Below, piece after piece: positions 25,303 through 39,344 of a stretch of 64,000 nucleotides of DNA. The position numbers and the translations under genes are program-made. Origin of the DNA: Macrostomum lignano (Eukaryota); the NCBI GenBank assembly GCA_002269645.1, contig NIVC01000126.1, positions 434,001 through 498,000 of the forward strand, written 5' to 3'. The first letter of the stretch is position 1; each line of letters begins with the position of its first letter. The notes below the pieces were generated by a model. It had not been told where the DNA came from, did no database searches, and worked only from the letters and a program-made list of their open reading frames with translations.

Positions 25303-27684
25303 TTCTAGATCAAAGAATGGCAGACAAACTAGCAGTAGATAAATTGACTATCAACCAATATAAAAATATATGCCATTATAATTTACTTTGAATTGCAAAT
25401 ACTTTGTAATTATATACATAGTTTATAACTTCATATAAACTATTCAATTTTCTAATAGACTTATCTATAGGCTTAGTGGTCATATGATCATGAAACAATA
25501 ACTTATTATAATATACATAGTACATATAGGCCTAAATTCTATTATATTGTCTATAGTAAAGGTAAAGATTAGGCCTATCATTTTTTAGGCTTCATGGCAA
25601 AATTTAGCTAGAAAACTTTTCAGGTTTGGTTATGTAGATTCTATTTCAAAGTTTAAAAGTACAAATCAGTTCAAAATTTAGCCTAGCAATGTTTAGTTAG
25701 AATTTTGAATTCTATTACACGTTTAAGTCAACTACTTTGATTATTTGACTCAAAAGACTATTTTGAAATGAAAAAATCCTAGCTTTCTATTCTAATGATA
25801 TAGTATAGAAAGCCTGTGAATTACTAACTATAAAAGCAACAATTTATCATTGCTTTGTTGCTTTAAAAACAAAGTTGCTCTATTCTTCTATTCTAGACCT
25901 AATGTTTTAATGTTTGTTTAGTAAGTTTTTTTGGACTCCTTAAATGCTAAGAATTATATAAAGTTATAAAAAATCAGAAAATAATTTAACAAATAATTCT
26001 GTAGGATAGCTAGCCTATGTCTATAATCTATCTTCCCATATTGTAGATCATGTTAATATGCTCAAAATTTTTGATATACTTAATTTCTTTTTAAAAAAAA
26101 CTTTGGCTTATAGTGAGACTACACAATGATTACTTTAAAATTTGCTTATTAGGTCTATTGTCAATTATATATGCAGCATAGGACTAGTATAGAAATATGC
26201 TGCAAACTGCAAATATAACCATATTATATATGGTTATATATATTGTAGCATATGACTTGGGTGCACTGGGTGACATCTACCCTAATTGCACTGCTATAGC
26301 ATGCGCTGCTATAGCATGATAATCAATGGATAGTTTGAGGGGGGGGGGAGCACTTTGCCTTTTTTAGCCTCCCATTACCTCCCACTGTTTTGTCATGGTG
26401 CATTGTACCTCCCAATATTTCATTATGCCACATTGCCCCATGCTACAAAGTGCTGCATTATGCCAGGCTGATTTGTGCTAGATGCTATCTACCAAAATGC
26501 TTATGTGCTGCAGTTGAATTATATGTTATAGCATATATACTTTGTCACTAAATACTATTAGACAAAGTCCCTTTCTTTAGTCTACTCTGTTGTTGTATCT
26601 AATAGAAATGTCTAATAGTAACTAAAAAAGCAGTAAAACAATTTTTGATATGTCTAAACAGCAACATTTTTCTAATAATAGGTAACTATTTTTTATTCTT
26701 ATTTGATTGATTATATTAAGCCTTTTTATTTTATTACTATTTTTATAAATGTATTTTTTATAATTAGGATATATATGGATAGTCAGTAAGGGATACAAGT
26801 TGTTTTGGTGATAGTCATTTAGTGATATTTGTTCACAAGTTATTTCTGTAATAAACACACTTTATTTGTGCTTTAATGAAAAATGAAAGATTCATAGATT
26901 GATCTATGACTATATATTATTTAAGAAAAAATCAAACTGATATACATATTATTTTTATGCAGATTGTTTTTTGAATTCATTGCAAAATATTTAGACACTT
27001 GAATATTGAGGATGCTTATCATGAAATCAAAAGTGCATATCAGTTCAAGTCAATAGTATTAGTATGACTATAGACAAGAAAACTAGTCTCTAAAAGTGTA
27101 TTTAACCACAGATATTCATAGTTCAAGAAAGAAGTAAGCTCAACTTATTATGAGCTATTTATAATTTGCCATTTAGGTGCAATAATAATAGTAGATTTTC
27201 TATTTTAAATAGGTTTTTAATGAATGGATAAGATCAATAGTTGAACAAAATATGTTGAAATTGTGAATTTTCCCCACAATATTAAAAACAAAAAATGGCA
27301 TTTACCAAATTGTAAATATTTGATTCATAAATTACAATTAGAATAAAGTTTCCAAGACCATTTGACTTTTGCCATATTATTATAAGATTTTCTAGCAAAT
27401 TTCAAAGTTTGCCAGATTCAATGACTATTAAAGCAACTTAGAGCATAGAAATGTGAAAATACTTTTTATATGCTGGTAGCATAATAATAACTTTTTTATA
27501 TATTAAAATTAAATGATTGATAGAAAACTTTTGAAACTTATTTAATTGCTCCTAATAATTATTGCATGCAGCTCAACTAGTCACTAAGCTGTCAAGGTGT
27601 GTAGTTAGCAACAATCATAAAAATTATATAAAGGAAGGTGACTACTGACTCTGCTGTTGCCATTGCAAGCTCAAAGCTAGAGAA

Positions 27685-30600
27685 ATGTCAATGAGTAAGT
27701 GTATTTAATTTTAATATTTATCAAACACTTCATCTACTGATAGTAGTATTGCTATAAAATTAAATTTAGGAAACGGCGAAAATTCATCTTCGCCGTCCTC
27801 TTCGTCGCCAACATCGTCAATGGCTACTTCGATAGCTGCGGCGACAGGCAATAGCAGCGGATTGCCAATGCCTTCAACAGCTGGGCCAGCCGTATCTGCG
27901 GCTGATTTATGGAATTCGGCAGGTAATAATAATGCTACTAATAGTAGCGCTAACAACAACAATAAAGGAAATGGCGCCTCAGCTTGGAGCAGCGCGCATT
28001 CAGCTGATCCCGCTAGCGCGATGAATCACCATGGCAACAGCGGCGGTGACAATCATCATCATCATAACAAAGTAGCCGAGCCCGAATCCGCTAGCGACGC
28101 TGCCGCGACAGCTTCGGCGGCGGCTACGGCGGCCGCCGCTGCCGCCTGGAGTCTCGGCGGATTCAACGAAGCTTCCCCAGCCGGGGTGTGGGGTGCCGCC
28201 GGCGGTAGCGGCGCATCGGCGACACCCGGTTCGATTGCTGCCGCCTCATCGTCCAGCGTTCCAGCATCCGCAATTTGGGGGGCATCGGCGGCGCCACTGT
28301 CGTCAGCATCCTGGTCGTCAAAGCCGCCACCGTCGGTTGCTTCAACAGCATCAGTCGATGGCGCCTGGGGCGGCGGCGGCGGCGGCGGTGGACCTGGGAG
28401 CATCGCCGAGTCCGTTGCTCATTCTCAATCTGCTGCAGGCCATCAGCAGCAGCAGCAGCTTGGCCAGGCCCCGCAGCCGACCCCGGCACCGCTAACTAAA
28501 GAACAAGAGCTCATCGAGAGCATCGTCAATAGCAACGACGGCTGGGGCTGTAAGCCTATAAATCAAACTACACCCTGGGACGTTGGCGAGAGTCCTCGTA
28601 AGCCGACGCAGGAAAGTCTAGTATGGAATCACGAGCCGAACAATGGCACAAGTATTTGGGAGTCGTTCTACGAGAATCGAGGCGAACGACCTGGCAAATG
28701 GGATCGAGGCCAGATTGATCCTAATCATTGGGCTGGCGCCGGAACTGGATGGGCAGCCGGCAGCGGCGCCAGCGGATTCGACATGGGCATGCCGCCACCG
28801 TCGCAGCCTCCGCCAATGGGCGGCGCTGGCAACCCAGAGCCTTGGCGACGTCCTAGCAGCAGCAGCGGCGGACCAGGCAGCATCTCCGACTGGAGCGCCC
28901 CTGTCACACCTGGAACACCTGGCGTCGGCGGCGCCGGTCCAGGCGAAGAATCCTGGAAGTGGGACTGGCGCGGCCCGCCGCCTACTTCTTCAATTGCAGG
29001 CGGCAGCGGCGGCGGTCGCGGGCCTGGAGGCGGCGGCTCGATGGGAAGTCACAAGCCGGAGATGCGAGCTAATTTGATTAGACACCTGGTGAGCTAGTTA
29101 TGTTATACCTTATTTCTGTGGTTTTGTCTATCTTCAAATATTATAAGCATCTTAGGTCCATTACTTAGATTTGACAATTGATTTGAAGTCTTGAAATTGT
29201 AAATGCTTCAATCAAATGGTCTATGAATTACAGAAAAAAATGAAACTTCGGAAGTTAAATGGCGTTCAGACATACTAAGCAGGTGCTAAGATAAAAAAGA
29301 CACTAAAACACATTTAAGACGTACTAAAGACACATTATGATTTACTAATAGGACATATTAAGACGTAAGACACATTATAAGACATGCTAAAACACACATT
29401 GAGACATACTGAAAGACACATTAAGATATACTATAAAATATACATTAAGACACTAAAATACACATTGAGACATACTGAAAGACACTTTGAGACGCAATGA
29501 AAGACACATTGAGACGTAATGAAAGACACATTGAGACGTAATGAAAGACACATTGAGACGTAATGAAAGACACATTGGGACATACTAAAGGACACATTAA
29601 GATATACTATAAAATATACAATTAGACACTAAAATACACATTGAGACATACTAAAGGACACATTAAGATATACTATAAAATATACAATTAGACACTAAAA
29701 TACACATTGAGACATACTAAAGGACACATTAAGATATACTATAAAATATACATTAAGACACTAAAATACACATTGAGACATACTAAAGGACACATTAATC
29801 ATACGTACTAAAAGACACATTGAGAGATGCTGAGACAGGCACAAAGACCAGTTATACAAAGACTATCCCTTATCACAAACCCGCCAGGTTGAAATGGGCT
29901 TCACCAAAGAGGACGCCACAGCGGCCCTGATTAGCTGCAACATGAATGTGGATCTAGCTCTGAACGAATTGCGAGCCAGAGTTGGTGGCGTCAGCGCCAA
30001 TATGGCGCACCAGATGGGCCAGCCGCCGCCACAGCTGCAGCCGCCACCTCTTGGACACCCGATGCAGCACCCGCCACCGCTTGGTGGACCGCCTCCGTCG
30101 ATGTCTTCGCATCAGCAGCAGCAACAGCAGCAGCAGAGGCCGATATTTCCTGGAGGCGGCGGTCAAGCAGTGCGCTCTGGAGTGCCGCAGCAGCAGCAGC
30201 AGCCAGGACAGGCCAATCCCGCTAGGGATCTCATGCGGGATCAGATCATCCAGCAGCTTAGACTGGCCGTACAGAATCGCATAATCTCGCCTAACACGCT
30301 GATGCCAAACCAAAACATGAGTCAGGCAGATCTGAAATTGGTTCACCAATTGATTTTCCATCAGAATCAATTGCACGCGTTGACTGCTCAACAGCAGAAG
30401 ATTGCTAATAGTATGCGCTCTATGCCGCCAGCTGGTCCATTCAGCGGCGGCAGCGGCCAGCAGCAGCAGGCCAGCGTACAACTGCAGGAAGTCAATCAAA
30501 AGATTCTGCAGTTGAAGACTACTATTCAACAGTTGAGTCAGCAGCTGCAGGCCCGATCTGGTCCGAGTCAGCCAGCCGGTCTGCCGCCTACGCATCAGCC

Positions 30601-32166
30601 GCCGCCGATGCAGCAGCAGCAGCAGCATCAGCTAGTCGATCAATTGAAAAGTCTGGACGTTGGCGAGTCTGCAAGTGTTGGAGCTAGAAGCCGCTATGAT
30701 GCTTGGAATAGGTTTGTTAACTTGTTGCGCTAAATAGGGAATTAAGGCTTGGGCTGGGACCTGGATTGGGACTTTTACTGTGGGACCTGGATTGGGACTT
30801 TTACTGTGGGACCTGGATTGGGACTTTTACTGTGGGACCTGGATTGGGACTTTTACTGTGGGACCTGGATTGGGACTTTTACTTTGGGACCTGGATTGGG
30901 ACTTTTACTGTGGGACCTGGATTGGGACTTTTACTGTGGGACCTGGATTGGGACTTTTACTTTGGGACCTGGATTGGGACTTTTACTTTGGGACCTGGAT
31001 TGGGACTTTTACTGTGGGACCTGGATTGGGACTTTTACTGTGGGACCTGGATTGGGACTTTTACTTTGGGACCTGGATTGGGACTTTTACTGTGGGACCT
31101 GGATTGGGACTTTTACTGTGGGACCTGGATTGGGACTTTTACTGTGGGACCTGGATTGGGACTTTTACTGTGGGACCTGGATTGGGACTTTTACTGTGGG
31201 ACCTGGATTGGGACTTTTACTTTATGACCTGGATTGGGACTTTAATAGGACCTGGATTGGGACTTTTACTGTGGGACCTGGATTGGGACTTTTACTTTGG
31301 GACCTGGATTGGGACTTTTACTGTGGGACCTGGATTGGGACTTTTACTTTGGGACCTGGATTGGGACTTTTACTGTGGGACCTGGATTGGGACTTTTACT
31401 GTGGGACCTGGATTGGGACTTTTACTGTGACCTGGATTGGGACTTTAACTGTGGGACCTGGATTGGGACTTTTACTTTATGACCTGGATTGGGACTTTAA
31501 TAGGACCTGGATTGGGACTTTTACTGTGGGACCTGAATTGGGACTTTTACTGTGGGACCTGGATTGGGACTTTTACTGTGGGACCTGGATTGGGACTTTT
31601 ACTTTGGGACCTGGATTGGGACTTTTACTGTGACCTGGATTGGGACTTTAACTGTGGGACCTGGATTGGGACTTTTACTTTATGACCTGGATTGGGACTT
31701 TTACTTTGGGACCTAGATCCCGTCAATTTATGAATAACAATATTGAATTGTTATTAATTCCGTCCAGGTCGCCAGACGTACCCGAAGCGGCTTCCATGTT
31801 TGGCAAGCCGCCTCTGCATTCCAGCGTGTCCAATCCTAGCCTTCAGCAGCAGCAGCAGCTCCAGTCGTTCCAACGTTCCTTTTCGGAAATGCCTCCAGGA
31901 AGCGGCGGCGGAGGCGGCGGCCTAATCTCTGGCGAAGTGATGGATAAAATCCCAGAATTTGTGCCTGGCCAACCCTGGGCTGGCGGCTACAAAGACGGTC
32001 TATTCTCTGTCACCCACGAGACTCTCGAACAGCATTTGAATTCTGGCTTGTCAACAGCTGGCGAAGCTGTTTCTTCTAGTAGCGGCAGCAGCAACAGGGC
32101 TGTGAACCGGCCGCCGCCGCAGCAGCAGCCAGTCGGTGCCGGGACTCGCTGGCAGCAACAGCAGCA

Positions 32167-32210
<44 letters not shown>

Positions 32211-32587
32211 TACGTTGCCTACTAATTCGTCAGTTGAATCCGCAGATTAACCGTGACGTATTAAGCATGATTTGCAATCAGCAGGGCCGGGTGCTGGCCC
32301 TACAAGTTGGCCCAGTTAACCAGTGGGCCATGGTGAAATTCGCCACTAAAGAAGAGGCCGACAAAGCGCATAAGAATATTAGCAGCCTGGCTCAGCATAT
32401 TGTGCTGATTGGCGATGCTGAGGCCGAGGCCAGCGTTGCCGCTCTGCTAGCCGGCTCCGGCGCCGCTCCGCCGCCGATGCCGCCGCCGCCGTCTCTTCCA
32501 CCGACTGTGCCGCCGTCAGCTTCGGCTTTGACAGCCGGTTGGCCAACAGGCGGCTGGGGTGACCAGGGTGGCATTGAGCCGATGTGA
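27685..32587 (+). CDS. TNRC6: TNRC6/GW182 (Argonaute-binding miRNA effector); exons 27685-27694, 27770-29088, 29888-30711, 31768-32587
   Basis: GW/WG-rich N-terminus with NSNDGWGCKPINQTTPWD and NNGTSIWE. UBA domain split across intron 2 (LIRHL/VEMGFTKEDATAALISCNMNVDLAL). Q-rich region, PAM2-like IPEFVPGQPW, and RRM LLIRQLNPQI...VKFATKEEADKAHK. Intron phases 1, 0, 2 match. The 10-nt first exon is tentative. Confidence 0.93.
29280..29830. repeat. Degenerate minisatellite (gacacattgagacatactaaa-type) in TNRC6 intron 2
   Basis: Tandem variants with an internal longer period of about 60 bp. Confidence 0.88.
30748..31715. repeat. Minisatellite, 26-bp unit (gggacctggattgggacttttactgt), in TNRC6 intron 3
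   Basis: About 37 units; explains the 26-aa periodic ORFs. Confidence 0.97.
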
Positions 32588-32829
32588 GGTGGATTCGAAT
32601 TTTGGAACAAAGATTGATCGACTAAATTACTGAGTTGATATTGACTAAATTAATTATCGCTTAGTCTTAGTCGGTGTGTTTAAAATTATTATTAATAATC
32701 GAACAATAATTCCCCTAGCAGCTAGAACCTGCATTCTTGTTAATTTTATATAGTAGTTTCTATTGTTTTTGTGTAGTAACTAGTCTTATGCCTTATCCGG
32801 ATTAGTGGGATGACTATAGATTGATAGAT

Positions 32830-33230
32830 TATATTATCGATACGTTGATTGACGGATTATCGTTAACATTATCGAGAGATTATCGATATATTATTTATGG
32901 TTTATCGATAGATTATCGAGGGATTACCGATAAATTATCTAGGGATTATCTATAGATTATTTAAGGATTATCGATAGATTATCGAGGGATAATCGATAGA
33001 TTATCTAGAGATTTTCGGCAGATTATCGAGGGATTATCGATAGATTATCGAGAGATTTTCGGCAGATTATCGAGGGATAATCGATAGATTATCTAGAGAT
33101 TTTCGGTAGATTATCTAGGGATAATCGATAGATTATCTAGAGATTTTCGGTAGATTATCTAGGGATTATCGATAGATTATCTAGAGATTTTCGGTAGATT
33201 ATCTAGGGATTATCGATAGTTTTTCGGTGG
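32830..33230. repeat. Minisatellite built on gattatcga/gattatcta, downstream of the TNRC6 stop
   Basis: Tandem degenerate units with an ATCGAT palindrome. Confidence 0.88.
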
Positions 33231-34614
33231 TTTATCGAAAAGTTGGAAATTATTATCTAATAATTAAAACTAGCTAATCGAAAGGCTATCGATCTGAATT
33301 GTAGACAAGTTAATTTCTCTAGCTAGCTGATAAGCCACTCAATCGATGCGTAAGCCTGTCTAGAAAATCTACTTTCAACTTTCATATTTAGGGTTTTTTT
33401 AAAGCTTGTTCGGCTTTCTCATGCTGCTCATAAATGATAAGAGAATTAGTATTTCATACAGCAAAACTCGTTTGCCAACTTCCAAAGCTTCAATTCTCAT
33501 ACTGTCCTATCCTTGTATTAATGTGCTTTTTTTAAATTATAATTTAATTTCTTTTCTCCTTTCAAATCGCACAACACGTGTTGTCTTTCACCAAGCTGCT
33601 CTCGAAATTTAATTATTATTATTAATCTACTAACTACTTACAGGATTTTGGCTCTATAATTTAATAGCTCTGTAAAGTTTCAGCCATCGAAATTGCCACA
33701 GTCAAGCGCTGCTCAGGGCTGTCAAAATTTGCAGTGCTCCTTTCTCTATCCGTTTGTTGCATTCGTTTTTTAATGAAAAAAAGAGATTAAAACTCTCTTA
33801 CTTTTCTACTCGGCTAAGTAGTGTAGTGAAGATTCTTTATAAAGTTTTTTCCCCGCTCCTCTCTGGCTAAGCCAATGCTGTCAGTTTATGCAGTAACTGC
33901 AATATCTGTTATCTTAATATGTATTAAAGATTTGGGATGAAATCTGTTGTGGTTAATCCGTGCTAATATGATTATACTTTTTGTATATGAATGAATGAAT
34001 TAATTAATTAATCTCTTTGGCGTTCTCTCTGGCTCTAGTTTTGCAGTCTAAATTCTTTCATTTGAACATTTCAGCTTAGTAACTGCGTATCTCCAGTCTT
34101 ATTAATTATTTGATATTTCCATTGATTTGTTGTGTGCTTTTTGTTTCTCTAACACACTTTAAAATGTGCTCAACAGGTCCTGTGTGTTTTGGTTTGCTGA
34201 GAATTTGAACAGATGAGCATGTCCTCAACCTTATAATTTAATGCTGTACTTATTCATATATAAATTCCTCATGAAACTGTTTGCTTATCTGCTACTATTA
34301 GTAGTAGTATTGTAAGATATGTGTGCGCGTTGTTTATCTGCCTTCTCTATGGTGTTATACTATTAATATTTGTTATTATTATCAATCAAATTCCAGTGTG
34401 CTGCCTGTCTGTGCATTAATTACGGAATTAATTTAATCTGTTTTAATTTGCTTTTCAAATTTCAGTCTTATTATCAGAGAGTTTAGCTGCGTGGGTTGAC
34501 TAGTAGTATACTATATATGGTAGTATAAAGATACCTAGGCGTCTTTATATAGTACTCATTTGGTGTGCTTTGATATCCAATAAGTTGTCTACATTCTCAG
34601 ATGTCTAAATATCT

Positions 34615-35185
34615 ACCCAGTTGTCTAGATACCCCGTTGTCTAGATACCCCGTTGTCTAGATACCCAGTTGACTAGATACCCAATTGACTAGATACCCAA
34701 TTGACTAGATACCTAATTGACTAGATACCCAATTGACTAGATACCCAATTGACTAGATACCCAATTGACTAGATACCCAATTGACTAGATACCCAATTGA
34801 CTAGATACCCAGTTGACTGGCTACCCAATTGACTAGATACCCAATTGACTAGATACCCATTTGACTAGATACCCAGTTGACTAGATACCCAGTTGACTAG
34901 ATACCCAATTGACTAGATACCCAGTTGACTAGATACCCAATTGACTAGATACCCAGTTGACTAGATACCCAGTTGCTTGGATACCTAATTGCCTAGATAC
35001 CCATCTGCCTAGATACCCTGTGGTCTAGATACCCATCTGCCTAGATACCCAGCTATCTAAATACTCATCTGCCTAGATACCTAGCTATCTAGATACCTAT
35101 CTGCCTAGATACCCAGTAATCTAGATACCTATCTGCCTAGATACCCAGTAATCTAGATACCAATCTGCCTAGATACCCAGCTATA
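34615..35185. repeat. Minisatellite, 16-bp unit (ctagatacccaattga)
   Basis: Direct tandem units. Confidence 0.93.
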
Positions 35186-36284
35186 ACCCAACTGTGTCAA
35201 TGCTAAAGCAAAGTGTCTGGACACTATAGAACAAATTTAAAGTGAAAGTGCAGTGTATATCAGTTTACACAAAATAATTTGTTAGAAAGCGAACCAGTTT
35301 TAGTCATAGTCAAAGTCTCTGTCTTGCTATTTAATATTTTATCAAAACTTTGTTTGAATTTTTGTTATTTTGGAGTCTAGAATTAATTAATAATTACTGA
35401 CAATTTTAATTGATCTTTATTAGTTGTTAGCAGCTGCTTATAAAGTGCGATTTGCTTTCAATAATTATGAGATACTCTTGTACTACCATCGCCTCTGGAG
35501 TGTCTGCATGCATTAATAATTATGTAATAATGTGCTTTTCACATCTTTTTTAGTTGTCTTTTACTCAAATGCTTTGCTCTGAGGTTTTATTTATTCTCTT
35601 TGAACCTGTCCTTTGATCTGCTTTATTTTAATTTTTTGTTTTTATTAAATTTGTTGCTATATAAGGTATTTATTTTGGTTAATTTTAAATTTCTGCAATT
35701 TGTTTGTTTACCAGCATTATGCACCAACAAGCCACCAGAAATATGTCTCTCTTAATTAGCTTATAATTCCTTTTTCACTGATAACCACTGTGTTGCTCCA
35801 GATGTTTTTGTTAATAATAATGATATACGGCTACTTGTAGTAGTATTTAGTAGCTGAAATCATATTTGCCGCAGTTTTCCTTGTTGTTGTTTAAAAACTA
35901 TTTTATATTGTTCACAATCGCGCTCTCCTTTTGCATATATATTTCCGTAATATATCAGTCAGTTTATTATTTACTATTATTAGTAGTAGTATTTGTATAG
36001 AAAGTTGAAAACAAGCCATTTAAAATGCACAATAACAAGAGCTGCTATCAATTTCTATAAATAATTGTGATATCTAGCCAACAATGTAAATCTGTGTCCC
36101 GGTTTTCACTGCATATTGTTTGCTTGCTTTTATATGCATTAGAAATTGTGCGCTGAATATTACATTTTTCTGCTTTTTTGTACTATTTCCAACAAACTAA
36201 TTAGAAAAATATATAAAATTCTTTGTAAAGCGCATTGGCGATTTCTGGAGTGAGGGGTGGTTAGCGTACGTTTATCTGAGAGAT

Positions 36285-37280
36285 TTGTGTCTGTTAACCT
36301 CAGGGGATTAGCGATTGTCCACCTGAGAGGATTAGTGACTGCCCACCTGAGTGGATTAGCGACTGTTCACCTGAAGGGATTAGTGACTTCACCTGAGGGG
36401 ATTAGTGAATTTTCAACTGAAGGGATTAGCTATTGTCCACCTGAGAGGATTAGCGGCTGTTCACCTGAGGGATTAGCGATTGTCCACCTGAGGTGACTAG
36501 TGATTGTCCACCTGAGGGGATTAGCGATTGTCCACCTGAGAGGATTAGTGACTGCCCACCTGAGTGGATTAGCGACTGTTCACCTGAAGGGATTAGTGAC
36601 TTCACCTGAGGGGATTAGTGAATTTTCAACTGAAGGGATTAGCTATTGTCCACCTGAGAGGATTAGCGGCTGTTCACCTGAGGGATTAGCGATTGTCCAC
36701 CTGAGGTGACTAGTGATTGTCCACCTGAGGGGATTAGCGATTGTCCACCTGAGAGGATTAGTGACTGCCCACCTGAGTGGATTAGCGACTGTTCACCTAA
36801 AGGGATTAGTGACTTCACCTGAGGGGATTAGTGAATTTTCACCTGAAGGGATTAGCGACTGTCCACCTGAGGGGGTTAGCGACTGTCCACCTGAGGGGGT
36901 TAGCGACTGTCCATCTGAGGGGGTTAGCGACTGTCCACCTGAGGGGGTTAGCGACTGTCCACCTGAGGGGGTTAGCGACTGTCCATCTGAGGGGGTTAGC
37001 GACTGTCCACCTGAGGGGGTTAGAGACTGTCCACCTGAGGGGGTTAGCGACTGTCCACCTGAGGGGGTTAGCGACTGTCCACCTGAGGGGATTAGCGACT
37101 GTCCACCTGAGGGGGTTAGCGACTGTCCACCTGAGGGGATTAGCGACTGTCCACCTGAGGGGGTTAGCGACTGTCCACCTGAGGGGATTAGCGACTGTCC
37201 ACCTGAGGGGATTAGCGACTGTCCACCTGAGGGGATTAGCGACTGTCCACCTGAGGGGATTAGCGACTGTCCACCTGACA
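36285..37280. repeat. Minisatellite, 24-bp unit (gactgtccacctgagggggttagc), with a 213-bp higher-order block
   Basis: Identical ORF starts at 36500 and 36713 give period 213; a homogeneous 24-mer follows from ~36850. Confidence 0.95.
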
Positions 37281-39344
37281 GGCTGAGAATTTGCTCTTGC
37301 ATAAAAGGTAAAAGCATCCCTCATCTCCAGAATCCAGCTTAAATATCCAGTTCTGACAGTGCTTCATCACTTTTTTGTATTTTGAATTTGTACTCTTCAG
37401 CACTACGATCTGTGATAAACCGATTATCCTAATAATTTCACATTTTTCTTATGTAATTATTATGTAATAACCGACACCAGGCACAGTGTGCTACTGTAAT
37501 TAGTATGCTTGATCTGATGGCTGTCAATTGTTTCTTGTCAGAGAAAAAACATCGCTACTTATTTTAATAAGCTTACTGAGTTTTTCTACTATTTAGTAGT
37601 ATCGCATGGTTTCCAAGGCAATTTAAGACTGGCTTAATTTGTTTGTTTTGTTAAATCCATTGAATTGCAATTTGTGTAGTGTTTACGTAGTGTAAATGAT
37701 TAAAACAAATCTTACTGACCGTATTTATCAATACGTATGTATGTGCCGGTATTGCTATAATTACGAATTGGTTGCGCAAGTAGACTCATATCTTAGTACT
37801 AGCAGTAGTGTGTACCGCAATTATCTGCCGCCAGTTTCTACTTACAAATCCTTTGCTTATTTTAACAAACAAGCAGTTCGTCTGTCTGCCCTCTGTGTGT
37901 TTTTTGAAAAATGTGTTTTTTTGATTTCGCAAGAACTTATTTTGTCCATTTAATTATTTGTTTAGCTGCTAGACAGAGCCAATCGATGCCTCCCTAAAAG
38001 TTGTCTTCTGCTATTTTGTGTTTCTTTAATATTTGCTTTTTTTCTTTCTTTTCGAAGTTTAATTTATTGTAATCCGCTTTTTCAAGTCCGCCGCCTCCGC
38101 AGAAGTTGATTTCCTATAATTTTGTTTCTACTATTAGTAGTGTAAAATGATGCTATTATAAAATGCTGCACGAAAAGTATTTCAAACTTATCAAACAGAC
38201 GCTGACAGCTGGTTAGTGAACAATCTGCTTAATTGATTAATTAGTTTCAGCATTAATTATAGCGGCTGTTAAAATAAGTTACTCACACTTGCACCAATGC
38301 GAAAAAATGCCCCTCTTGTTTTTTTGGTCATTTCTGCTTTTTCATTTTCCTGTCCCTCTGTCTGATTGATTAGTGAATATGCATAAATATATTAATTGTG
38401 TTTCAAGCTGCTACTTATGCATATTATACAAAATATGAAAACAGATCTGACAGCAAACATCCGTGCAAAAAACTTCAAAAAATTAACTTTTTATTGAACA
38501 TTTTGACTCAATGTATTTATTTATTTTTACCTGCGTTTATTCAAATAACAAGAAATAGGTTTTTAAAAAGGCAAATCTCAATAATAATGAGTTGAATAAA
38601 TAAGCTCGATATTGCATAAGTTACTTAAAAATAGTAATTTTTATATAAAGAGAATTCGATCAAAGAGATAATCGTATTTTACGTACGAAGTTGAAACAAT
38701 TTAATACATGTAAGTCAATAAGTCTGATAATCTTAAATAGATAAATGGTTATCGTAATATAACAGTGTAATAACCAGTGTATACCTGTAACAGTATACAG
38801 TACAACAGTATACAGTAACAGTATAACAGTGTATACGTGTATTTATATCAGAAAATCTTTTCAAAATGCTTTTAAAATTTTTACTTCAAATAAGCATGTT
38901 CGTTCGTAGAAGTAAAAACATCGCGTATTATCCTACTGATAATGCTAGTTAAGTAGTGTAGTACGTTTAGTTAGTTAGAAATAATTGATTTTTTATCAAA
39001 CGCAAGAGAAAGTGCAACTGCTGCATGTACGCCTCGGCACAGCTGAGTACGTGTGAGTGCAGTGGTAGCCTGTGTAGATCAGGGCTAATTTCCGGTGATA
39101 ATTAAGATAAATGACTTGAGGAAAATATAACGCAAAAAAACAGCGATAAATTTAGGTTAGCCATGTGTTAATAATTCGATTTTTATAACCATAAATTTAT
39201 CATTTATGGAATGAAGAAGAGCGGTTTGAAAATTCAGAGGTTGGGCGTCGCGGGTTTTCGTTTATCATGCACACGCCTTTTAATTTTACGTTAAACCCGG
39301 ACACTCGCTTCCGTGGCCCTTGTGATACACACCGATCATGACTC

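Noticed and set aside
26195-26252. AT-rich hairpin (atataaccata...tatggttatat)
   Set aside because: It is short and low-complexity, with no miRNA, Helitron or other supporting context.
21626-26858. Short hydrophobic ORFs in the AT-rich intergenic region
   Set aside because: Their F/I/L/K-rich composition is that of random AT-rich DNA, with no consistent splice structure or homology.
28062-30628. Antisense ORFs over TNRC6, and similar ones over RING, NAE1 and CCDC57 exons
   Set aside because: These are shadow ORFs of GC-rich coding exons with no domain signal.
30749-31685. Trp/Gly-rich ORFs inside TNRC6 that could be mistaken for extra GW repeats
   Set aside because: They come from the 26-bp array. 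Exons 3 and 4 already join in phase 2 across it.
36257-37342. SDCPPEG-repeat ORFs
   Set aside because: They are translations of the 24-bp array, open in several frames and on both strands.
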